A stretch of DNA of 64,000 nucleotides from Enoplolaimus lenunculus (taxonomy: Eukaryota): assembly GCA_030248215.1 (NCBI GenBank), contig JASANG010002067.1, positions 186,001 to 250,000 on the forward strand. The letters run 5' to 3'. The first letter of the stretch is position 1. The number at the start of each line of letters is the position of its first letter. The notes beneath the pieces were generated by a model. It saw only the letters and a program-made list of their open reading frames with translations. It was not told the DNA's origin and did no database searches. Of this stretch, positions 53,128 through 64,000 are shown piece by piece. The position numbers and the translations under genes were made by a program.

Positions 53128-53252
53128 TTTAATTGACACTGAGACTTGATAATTTAAAAATTTAAGGTCAAATGTGTTTTGTTATATTCAGATAATTGCA
53201 TTACTTGCAATACTTGCATGTAACTTAACACTAAAATTTTGCTCTACCCGAC

Positions 53253-56200
53253 ATGATTCATTTGGAGCAACTGGATTTCACTTGCGCGTTAAAGGATTCA
53301 CCAAAATTCAGGCACGTATGCTACTGCAGTTTCATTATATTTGTCACATTTCATGTTTTAAACTGGAACCGCAATTTCCGATGGAACCCGGAAAATTTAA
53401 TATTCACAAACTTTCATTGTAATTATATTGCATGAACAGTGTGTAGTGTATATAGGTATATATATGATACAGGACTTATTCGAAAAGAGTTAGCGGCAAC
53501 CACAGAGAGCGATCTGATTTACGGATCCGGTTTAGTCTCCAGTATCGGATATTAAGCTACCGGTTGCAAACATTCGGCCGGATGGCAAAAAATATCGGAG
53601 CCGTATACTTGATTTTGATCATAAATGATAGTATATATATAATAAATGAAAGAGATGTCCCGGGGCCAGGATTTTACCAGGGGGAGGGGGCAGGGGCAGG
53701 AAAATATATAAAGCTTCAAATTTTGCGTACCTTTTGCGTAAGCAGGTACCTGGAAGTGCCTACGATATCGATTTAATCTTATAGCGTCACGCGATATTTT
53801 GTGATACTCCATCTTGTGAGGTTAGTTATTAGTGAATTTGTTATTGGCCATGTCGCGTCACGCGGAATTTGGCGTATGGATATGTAATAAACTTACTGTG
53901 CTGCGTTCGTATTCTATATCGGTGTATGGGACCCTAGCCCAGCAGGTATATCATACATAAAACGCTTTCTAAATGTGGATATATCACTGTTTTTAAATTT
54001 TGTTGCGATTGCATTTAGCGGTAAGTCAAGAAGCTTGTTTTTCACTATGAAGCAAAATCAATAATCAAAACTTACCTCTCAGTTCTGGTGAAAAATTCAC
54101 TATCTAGCTCCAGTTCCGACGTCCGGTAAATTACTAATCGTTCGCACAATGGTTAAAAGTTACTCGCTGCTACCATGTCCAGAAAAATGTAATTCTTATA
54201 AAATAAAGCAATAGTCCACAGAATTGATCCCAAACCTTGCTTGGTCCACATAATACTGGTGTCACCTATTATGTGTTTGATGTTTTACAGACATGGCTTG
54301 CATGCTCACGAAATTTACATCAGTGTATTGGAGGCGCGTACTCGAAATGTAAGAATTGAAAAAGTGGTATTGTTTTCTTAGATTTTTGTTCATTAGAAGT
54401 TCTCGGTTTGGAAAAGTTTCGGGATTTTGGCTCTTATCGGTCTCGTTTTGTTGAGTATCGGTTGTTTGAAAATCGAGAAAAAGAGGTGAAAAAGCGATAA
54501 ACAATTGCTATTACCTGAGCTTGTATGATGTAAAGAAAGGACGTACCAATGTTGTGTTCGTATTTTTGGACGAAATGTATATACACGGTTTTGAACCACT
54601 TAAATTTGGTAGGTAGTTGTTTACTTCCTTCTACACTGTGACTGTTTTAGTAGAAGGATGAATTTCTTCCCAAAGTGATCTTTTTACTGAATTGATCGCT
54701 AAGTAATGTATTCATTAATATTGGCACTGACGGTTTCATATAATCTGCTTAAGTTCATTTTTATATGTGTGCAACGTCTGTTTATAATTGGATTTTGTGA
54801 TACCTAGTTATGTGAGGGTTTTCAATCGTTGCGTTTGTGTTGTGCCACCAATTCTAAGTGATAAATAAAGTAAAAAATAAAGTTTGGACGGTGATTTACT
54901 GGTTTAATTGTATAAATTAAACGGCAATTCTGAGCACATAAAAATATTCAAAATTTTTGTATGAAAAATCTTTTTTTATTTTCGGTAACAGTTAAATATT
55001 GACTGAGAAGAAAAGTCTACGGTTTACCAAGAACTTGAAAAACTGACACATATTGGTGCAACATAGTGGTTTTAACAAGATTTTCTATTCAGCATTGGTG
55101 TTTGATGGCAGGAAAACAGTAATGGGGGACGAAGGTTATGTTAAGGTTTTCAATCGTTGCGTTTGTGTTGTGCCACCAATTCTAAGTGATAAATAAAGTA
55201 AAAAATAAAGTTTGGACGGTGATTTACTGGTTTAATTGTATAAATTAAACGGCAATTCGGAGCACATAAAAATATTCAAAATTTTTGTATGAAAAATCTT
55301 TTTTTATTTTCGGTAACAGTTAAATATTGACTGAGAAGAAAAGTCTACGGTTTACCAAGAACTTGAAAAACTGACACATATTGGTGCAACATAGTGGTTT
55401 TAACAAGATTTTCTATTCAGCATTGGTGTTTGATGGCATGAAAACAGTAATGGGGGACGAAGGTCTTCGAAGTTTCGTTCCCGTTTCTGGTCCTCTTTTG
55501 GTTTCAGTTCAGATTTCCCTGCCCTCGTTCTATTTTTGCAGGGCTTCCAAAGCAATAGTACGAGGGCAATTCCTCCAAATTCAATCTGAAGGCATTGTTT
55601 ACTCTTTCTACTCGTTTGCGAACATTCACTTTAATCACTTTTGGGATCATTTAATGGCATTTTTGTCTGATAAATGTTCCCAGAAGTGGTGCATTACTGT
55701 TATATTCTAGATTTTCGGCTCTATATAAAAAATTAAGGAGTGCGTTATAAAGGTTATATGATGCCTCCCACTTCCAAAAGAGTGGGGACAGCAATCTGGG
55801 AGCCAACCAAAATGAGGTTGACTTAGCAGAGTGGGGGCCACCTCCCAAAAGGAAAGTCATAGTTTGGTTATGGCATTTTCTGGCTCTGCATTCGATTGAG
55901 GTATTTAATTACGTGAAATGTCTGTATAGTGTACGTCTATAAAACATCTTCAGTCGGTGTTTCTTATTGCCTTCAGGTGATCAAACATTGTAGTACAGTC
56001 GTCGAAAATGCAGAACTTTACGTTGGTTCTTTTCAGTAAGTTAATGAAATGTTGCAAAAACGCCTAATTTAGGCTTATCAATTATGCTTATATGCAAATT
56101 ATCTATTAGCTAACTACTCATCGGTTTTAGACGTTTGTACTGCTGAAATTAGATCGCTTGTAACCCTAATAATTAGTGAAATGTGGCAAAAACGCTTAAT

Positions 56201-59200
56201 TTTGTCTTGTCAAGTAAGCTACTATTCAAATTATCTTTTAGCTAACAAACTATTCAATTATCGGTTTTGACGTTTGTAAACAATTTATTCAGATTCCTCG
56301 CGCCCAAAAATATCAGTAAACGTAAATAATTATTGAAATAATTTAAAAAGCCCTAATTTTGTCTTCTCAAGTAAGCTAATATGCAAATTAGCTATTGGCT
56401 AACTATTCAATTTTCGGTTTTGGAGATTTGTAAACAATTTATTCAGATTCTGTGCACCCAAATACCGTCAGTAAATCCTAAAATTATTTAAATAATTTAT
56501 AATCCTAGTTTTGTCTTGTCAGTTAAGCTAATATGCAAATTATCTATTAGCTAATTACTGAAATATCGGCTGTGGAGGTTTGTAAACAGTCTATGCAGAT
56601 TCCTCGCACCCAAAAATACTTTAATGCTGAAATTAGATTGTTTGTAACTGAAATAATTAGAGAAATAATGTAGAAAGTCCTAATTTAGGCTTAATTAATT
56701 ATGCAAATTACCCTGTAGCTGATAAACGGCTTGAAATTTTAAAACCTCAATGCGAGGTTAGCACCCCAGGATAATTGGCTTTCAAACAAAAAAAGTTTAT
56801 CAAAATCGGTTCAGCCGTTCTTGAGATTCTTTTACGACGGACAGACGGTCAGACGGACATCCGCCTTTCGGTCCCAGTGTACAAAACATAAAACGCTTCC
56901 CGTCGCTCAATAATTCGAATGAAAACGCGTGTAATAAAATTCATAAAATCCATTGATATGTTACTGTTTTTAGGTCTTTGCTCAGTGGTATCACGGATTT
57001 ATCAGATACATGTTTCAGTGGGGATCCTTCGGTACATGCAGCCTTTGCGAGTCTAACAGATGTTTTCCACGAAATGCTCAAGTATCAAAAGGTATGCATA
57101 TAATATGTAGAGTAAGATGTTTTTTGCAGATATAAAACGGAATGGGTACTCTAGTTGTATACTATGCCAGACACAGACAGGGCTTCTTGGAGTGGTTATT
57201 TTTGTCATTTTGAACGAAATTTACAGCGGAATATTGTTATTTTGGTCACAAATATGTAGAACATAGAGTTATATTATTTTTTCAGCACAAATTATCCTGA
57301 AATGTAGAATACGGTTTGTCGATTTTTTGCCGGGGCAAAAGCCGAAGCAGGATATCCGGTTGACCGCTAAAACGTACCTCTCCTCTGCTCAAAATTTCTC
57401 CCCGGTTGAAGCCTGCTACTCCATTGGGACCCAGCGAATTCCCAATTAAATAAATACCACTTAGGGTTTAAATGAAGGTAGAAAAAAAGCTCCAGAAGTA
57501 TGCGATGGGGATATTTCCAGTTAAATAGAACTAATCCCTCTTGTGTTTTCTAGTTTTTTTAGATCGGGCTCCATCTCTAGTATTTTTATGCAGGTTACTA
57601 GTATTTTTATGTAGGTTACTAGTATTTTTATGTAGGTTATACTAGCATTATGATTGTTGCTAAGCAGATTCAACCAAATTGCTATGCAGTGTTCATTTTA
57701 GGTATTGATCGAACAAGCTCGTTGGTCCGTAGTGAAGAATATGTCCGAGTTCTTAAAACGGTAACTATATCAGAGTCTTTCTGAAGGGTTATTGTTCGGG
57801 TTATAGGGCTCCGGTCGGCCTAAGCCACCAAACTCGATTTGTCCCACGATTGAGCATGTTCTAGCCTTATACATATTATTTTTTTGTGCGTCGAACGCAC
57901 TTTTTGTATAATTTTCGAGTTATAATGTGGCTCATACGTTACCATTGTTGCCGCGCAAGTGTCAGTACCGTCCGAACCAAAGGACTACATACCATCATCC
58001 TTACAAGGTTTTGATCAAACGTCAAACAGTAAATGTTTAATCACCTTGTACAGCTTGGCTAGAACTATGCAGACAACATATCAGGCTTTGGAGACTGTTT
58101 TTCTAATAGTTTGAAGGTTAGCAAAACGTTCTATACCACTCATAACGTTCCAATGCCGCCAACGATCTACAAAGTAGCTTGAGCAAACAGTGTAATACCT
58201 TGCAACTATTCAAATTACTTTCACATTGCTGTGCAAGCTTCATCAGTAAACATCAAGTATTGTAATCAATTCTTACAGTATATGTGCAGTAGTAGAGTAA
58301 GGGTCCTAAGAACAATGTTAATACCAATTAAACAATTTACAGCCGCAATGAAAGGACTAGAGGTTGCCTGCTGGCTGTCGGCCCATTTCGAAGGTTTGTC
58401 TTTTTGCGCGGAGGTACGAAATATGGCCTCCTAGGTTTTCAAAGAAAGATTAGCTCTTGTGTGGATTTCGGCGCGCTGAGTTCAGCAGTACCATTTGGGG
58501 AACGATTGCTGCGCTTGCGCACCAATGGTACACCTCTGCACATGGCCCCACGATTGAAACCTCCACACCGTCGGGACCCAGCGAATTCCCAACCTATGTT
58601 ATATACTTCGATTGATTAAGTGCAAAACGTGCTATGTGCATATTTTAAAACCAATATTAGCTAGTCTTAGCCAAGTAGATAATTTGCGGAAGAAATTTTA
58701 ATTGCTGTTCGTGTTTTGGATAATCTTAGTTCCTGTTAAAACAATGGTACTAATGTAATAATAATATTCTAGTTTTATATTGTAATTTCATTTTTTAAAT
58801 ATCAGGGAGTTGTCAAAAACACGCGAAGTTAGAAAGCATTTTGAGCATGTTAGCGCTAGTTTGGACGATGCACTTGTTAAAAACGCATCTGTATCAAAGC
58901 ACAAATATCAGGAAGCAGGTGAAGCCCGTAATGAGCTAACAGCAGTGGGAACTTGTTTCGCGCATACTGCATTGGATTATATTTTTCAGGTAAGCTATAA
59001 GCTTACTTCTGTAGTTATTTTAAATAAAGATAAAAATTTATCAAATGGATTGTAACCTTAGTGTTCAGGGTTGATTAGTTTAGATACTTACTTATTTATG
59101 ATTTTTGTTGTATTTAAAAGTCGAGGGCTGTTAATAAGCGCGCAGTATCCGCATCTGCACTTCGAGAATATACGCCTATGTATTTCTGTTTGAGTTTTGT

Positions 59201-62200
59201 TAACGATTGGGGAAATGATACATTTGTTATAGATGTCGGGAAAAGTTTTGGATTAGAAAAATGTGTTGTTAGTTATCTTATCAACATTTGCATGTTATTG
59301 GCTTCGATATGCTAATCCGAAATCTGGTGTGTCTGCAAGTGCATATTGTTTGCATATCATTTATTAAGGTTTGAAAAACTATGTAACCTTCTCCGACGTT
59401 TGAAAAAGCATATCCGCTGAGGACTCGCAATTGTCTTGTTTCCTAGTCGCTGTACCCATATTATAGTCGTAAAACCAGTGCTCTCTGTTGTATTTGTTAT
59501 ATTCTCAGTTTTATTTTGTAACAAAGTACAGATATTAAATCTTTGTATTGAAATGACTTCGAGCAAACGATTGTTAGTCACGGACAGGTTGTCTTAATAA
59601 TGTTTTCAATATTGTTTTCACTGTGGGTTTTTATTGTACATAATATATGCATACTGATTTGAAGGGCTTTAGTGTGATAGTTAATACTTCATGGTATTAG
59701 TCATCCGGATATCTGTAGTGATATGTTAGGTTTTATTTGGTTGTTTGTAGTTTGTTCTGTTGTTGATGTAACGTATCTTACGTGGTTGTTGTGACTAAAC
59801 GATGCCTTGACCGTTTTGTTTGTATTTGTTTAGTTCAATACTTTTAGCATACGGGAATTTATACAGTCAAAACAGTACTCTTTGATTTGTTTAGCGCTGT
59901 TAACTTTTTATCCCGTATGAAATTTTGCGAAATTTAAATTCAGTCAAAAGTAAATTTAGGTTTATCAATTTTTAGGAAGGCTAAATCATTGCATAGGCTA
60001 CGGTAAATCCTCATCAGGCTATTTCGCTGAACGGTTGGAACAGCACATTGTTTGAAGGCTGTGCATTGCACCCTGGAAATTTTTTTCCGGATATTGCGCG
60101 TCGCGATTTTGTCGTTGTTTTGTGTGTGGCAATTACAAAAATGATAAGGATTCCATGTTGGGTTTTAAAGTATTTGCAAGCCGGGTAATATTTTGGATTA
60201 TTCTACCATGCTTTCCAGAGGTGCCTACATTTCTTTTTGTTTTCAGTTCGTTATTTTTATACTTGTGTACGTATATTAATTAGCTTATATAATTTATATA
60301 CGTCCGTATATAATATATTTATACATAATTGTTTTGTTATATAGAATATAACGTATGGATATTTACGTTAAATGTGAGTAACTATACAATACGCACTTGT
60401 ATTAAATATGTTTCGTATTTAAGTACTCTTATAAGACTACTGTCTGAACTCAATGGTGGATATAAGAAGTTTTCACCAGTGCGTGCATTACTTGCAAGAG
60501 GTTTGTGAATGTCAGATATTTTTCAGCTAAGCGAAAAATTATAGCCGCATTGGAAATCGTGTGAAACGGCATGTTTCTTATTTGCCTGTCATCGGGAACA
60601 TAGATGAAATTTCAAAGAGTATCTCAGAGTTAAATGTGCTAAAATGGCATTTCCTTCGCTTGAACGCGTATTGTTTGTAGAAAATTGTTTGGCTTGCTGG
60701 CAAACCTGTTTGAATGCTTTTTGTTTTAGGTAAACATCGTTCATGCCAGAAAACGACATGAACTCATTGAATCGGTAAGATTATTCAAGTATATATATAA
60801 CTATTCTTTGTAATAAAAAATTTTCAGCCACTGCCCAAGTAATACGCTATTGTTTTCCAATGTCTGGAAGAAAAACATTAAAGTTTGTATTTTACTTTAT
60901 AATTGTGATGGCATGAGTTCGGCGTATTTTGTTGGATTATTTACGGATAGTTGACCGCATACTACTGTTTGAATGAGTACTGATTTCTCAATAACCGAAT
61001 TTTTTGCCTCGTTTTGCGCTAAGTTTTATTTTAGATCGAACCCTGGTTAGTATGGATACGGCTTTATCAATAAATTTACTTGAAAATGACTTGCAATTAA
61101 ATAAAATAACGGACAGGGCAGATTGTTTGGTTACATTTTAAATGATTAGCAATCAAAAACCCGTCAGTAATTTTTTAGATTCTCTCATTCGCTCAAGCTT
61201 GTGCTACGTTTTTCCATCAAGGTGATGACCTATTCAGAGATTGGAAACAAAATAACGGTAATGAACAAGTGGAAAACTCGTCAGCAGGTGCTAGTCATAT
61301 GACAACACAGACAAAGGCAAGAAGTGTTGATTTAATAACTAGTGAACAAGCAGTAGTCGTAGCGATTGAAACGATGAAAGAAGAAAGCCGAAAAGCGGAA
61401 AAGAAAATGCAGGAGCGACACAGCCTTGTACCAAAGGTAACACGGTATAGTCCACATTCACGGGTTATTTTTAGAACATAGTACTCTATAGCACCATGTT
61501 GTTCCGTACTAAATAGTAAACTGTTAAGAAACAAAATTTTCTTTTAACGATCGGTGTTCTCAAATGTGTAGCACCTATCATTAGTTGGTGATATGTCAAA
61601 AAAGTGGATGGCGTAGCGAGGTTTAAAATTCAGCACATGTTTCGTGTTTTACTTGTCCTAGTTCTGTACCTATTTTTGAGGTTCGCAATTGCGGGAGTTT
61701 ATTAGTTTGAAAATCTATCGCTAACTGGTGATAGGTGCTATACGCAGTTGGCAACACGGCGAAGGAAGACAGTCAATCTGTTTAAAAATATTTCTATTAA
61801 TTTAGGTCATGCGTTTAAGAAAGAGTGGATATTGAGAAGTGTGTGCAACTGTTGGGGTCCAGAATGGTACCAGTTTCACCACCGGGTGTTGCGTTTTTGG
61901 CCGACCCCCTTGTTTTAGGGGGTCGCTATCCCATGAATACCCCTAAATTAAACTATATTTGACCATGTTTGACCCTGCATACATAAAGTGCCAAGGTTCG
62001 CACTGGTTGTATCCCCCTCTCAATAAGGGGGGTGTAAGGCAAAAACGCAACGCGTGCCGGGAACATTTTTTTCTACACAGAATGTACCCAGCTGCAAACT
62101 CTTGTTGAAGTATGCATCATCCACACTTGGTTTAAGAAACAATGTTCATAATTTTATTTGCGATTAAGCCAATCGTAGGTTTTGTTTCATGTTCCAGGAA

Positions 62201-63648
62201 ATATTTCAACATCCGCCTGGAATGCCACAGGATCCAGATGTTGTAATGGAAGGTTATTTATTTAAGAGAGCGTCGAAGGCATTTAAATCATTCAAGCGGT
62301 TAGTTTTCACATTTTGATTGTTGCAAACTTGCTCTTGGTGAAGAACTGACTGTGTTATAGACATTTTTTGGCTTATGGGTGATTCGCAATTAATAGGATG
62401 ACGAGTCTGATCTTGGTATTTTGAACGGGTTTTGACTTTGGAGAAATCTAATCAGTGAGCGTTTAATGTGATCAGAAGTACTCCAATATTTAGCCTTGTA
62501 CAATTTTTGTTTTTATAGCTTATGTATGCAATATTTTGATAAACAGGACCAGCTAAACAGTTGGTGATTAATTTCTTCCGGGCCTGGCCATGCAGCTGTA
62601 TACCCCGTAAAATGCTGGCCCCGGAGCACCTCTACTTTGTCTATTTTTAATACTTTAGAAGATGGTTCTTCATTAAGAGCAACCAACTTTGCTATCGAAA
62701 ACGAGACATCGATGGTTACGAGTTTTTGAGCGTAGGTGATCCCCAAGCGTTGCATATATTAACAGGTAAGTTTAATTGTAATTGAAGGTCGAATTATGTT
62801 TTATCTGACTTCGATAACTGCAGTGCTGCGAAATAGATTTATTTGATTCCTTCCGTAGGCTTAGGCTTGTATTTGGTTTTCAAAAAAGACTTGTCTACGC
62901 CTATACCAGAACCTTTGCTTAAGTCTTTGCCGAAGCCTGAACCTAGGCCTAAGGCTTCAACTTAAATGTTGGCGGAAGTGTACAACCGCCAATTGTTTAA
63001 GTAGCAATACCTCAAGGTTTTGTTTTATTCATGAAGTTCAAGAAAGTGCAACTTTTGTGCTACATGCATCTTGGTCGTTACTTTGCTAGTCATCCTCGAG
63101 AAAAATTTCTGTAATATATTGCGTGGCACGACTAGCACATTATCAGCTAGGTGTTACTTTTGTGGCATGTTTTAATCGATTTCCCGGTATCGAAATTATG
63201 TCACTTGTGTGCCTTTTTGTAGACGAAGAATGGGAAACAAAATATTCTGTTATGGTGCCAGACCTTCGGTTATGCCTAGTTCGTTCTGCGCCTAACAATG
63301 TGGATAGACAGTACAGTTTTGAACTGGTCACGCCGAACAAGTGAGTTTTGGCTTTGGGTGAAATTGCTTCTGTATTAAATGATTTTGTTTGTTGCTTCCT
63401 TCGAGAATGGTGTTTATAGTTGTGATATCTGTAAAGGGCTGCGAAAAATTGTCAGGCTTTCAACTCTGTTCGTAGCACCGATAATGGCTAGGGCCATTTT
63501 GAACGAAGCTGTCTAGTGCTCATATAATATTTTTAGAATTCATTTACTTCAAGCAGATTCAGAGTCGCTATGCAATGCGTGGATTAAAGCATTGCAGCGA
63601 ACAATCGAATTTGCATTGCATGATGGTACAGACGATGATTGTGGAGGG
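53253..63648 (+). CDS. ACAP: ACAP/centaurin-beta ArfGAP (CNT-1-like); BAR and PH domains present, gene continues beyond the window
   Basis: Exons 53253-53311, 54291-54348, 55977-56035, 56974-57091, 57702-57760, 58806-58989, 60730-60774, 61179-61436, 62198-62298, 62659-62714, 63223-63340, 63537-63648. Motifs: LKDSPKFR, CFAHTALDYIFQVN, FFHQG, MEGYLFKRASKAFKSFKRRWF, DLRLCLV..FELVTP..LQADSE..AWIKALQ. Confidence 0.93.
54807..55463. repeat. 328-bp near-identical tandem duplication (ACAP intron 2)
   Basis: Units begin at 54807 and 55135. Confidence 0.9.
56045..56912 (-). mobile_element. DINE/HINE-like element in reverse orientation
   Basis: Same roughly 160-175-bp repeats, ggac microsatellite and tcgctcaataa terminus. 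Confidence 0.8.
57578..57640. repeat. 21-bp tandem repeat, 3 copies
   Basis: ctagtatttttatg(c/t)aggtta three times. Confidence 0.85.
61887..62052. mobile_element. Short MITE-like inverted repeat element
   Basis: gttgcgtttttg...caaaaacgcaac with internal cccct/agggg pairs. Confidence 0.55.
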
Positions 63649-64000
63649 GTACGCAATTAAGGACTTTGTGGCTTCAGCCGCACCGTAGAAAAGTGTCCTC
63701 CACAAACGACCCGCTGATAACTGAATACCGTAGCAGTATTATGCATATTACTAAGCCTAAGCTTAGGTAAAACTTTTCCTGTGATTGGAAGATACAATAG
63801 TGCCAGCGATTAATGATTCCATTAGAACACTGCTAGTTTTTTCACAGTTGTGATTAGAGTATGGCTTTATGGTTTGGCTTTTCGTGCCTATATTGCTAGT
63901 GTTAATGAAGTAATAAAACATATAATGAATTACAATTCAGCAACCTACATTAATATTCACTGTGCAGGGTGTAAAGCGGAATTGGATTATACTTAAACGG

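Noticed and set aside
45931..53253. BAZ1A-ACAP operon
   Set aside because: A 7.3-kb repeat-rich gap with a possible opposite-strand gene; no sequence support.
55093..55134. Exon-like segment within the 328-bp duplication
   Set aside because: It contains a stop in the required phase, and the flanking ACAP exons join without it.

Overview
AT-rich eukaryotic genomic DNA, most likely a nematode. This is inferred from TTTTAG/TTTCAG acceptors, TTAGGC repeats and an ACAP protein resembling nematode CNT-1. Two conserved multi-exon genes lie on the + strand: a complete BAZ1A/ACF1 chromatin-remodelling subunit (29 phase-consistent exons, 17199-45931, about 1723 aa) and the 5' part of an ACAP/centaurin-beta gene (BAR-PH, from 53253 to beyond the window end). 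Each needs one GC-AG intron. Two small convergent two-exon genes (7956-8994 + and 12259-10348 -) encode signal-peptide precursors with dibasic cleavage and amidation signals; this candidate peptide pair is the most novel item. A probable orphan spliced gene lies on the - strand between BAZ1A and ACAP. The remainder is dense with repeats: a decayed L1/Tx1-like retrotransposon, hAT, piggyBac-type and TA-flanked MITEs (some nested), DINE-like Helentron derivatives with about 175-bp internal repeats, tRNA-derived cassettes and local tandem duplications. All gene models were spliced by eye, without RNA data or database searches.
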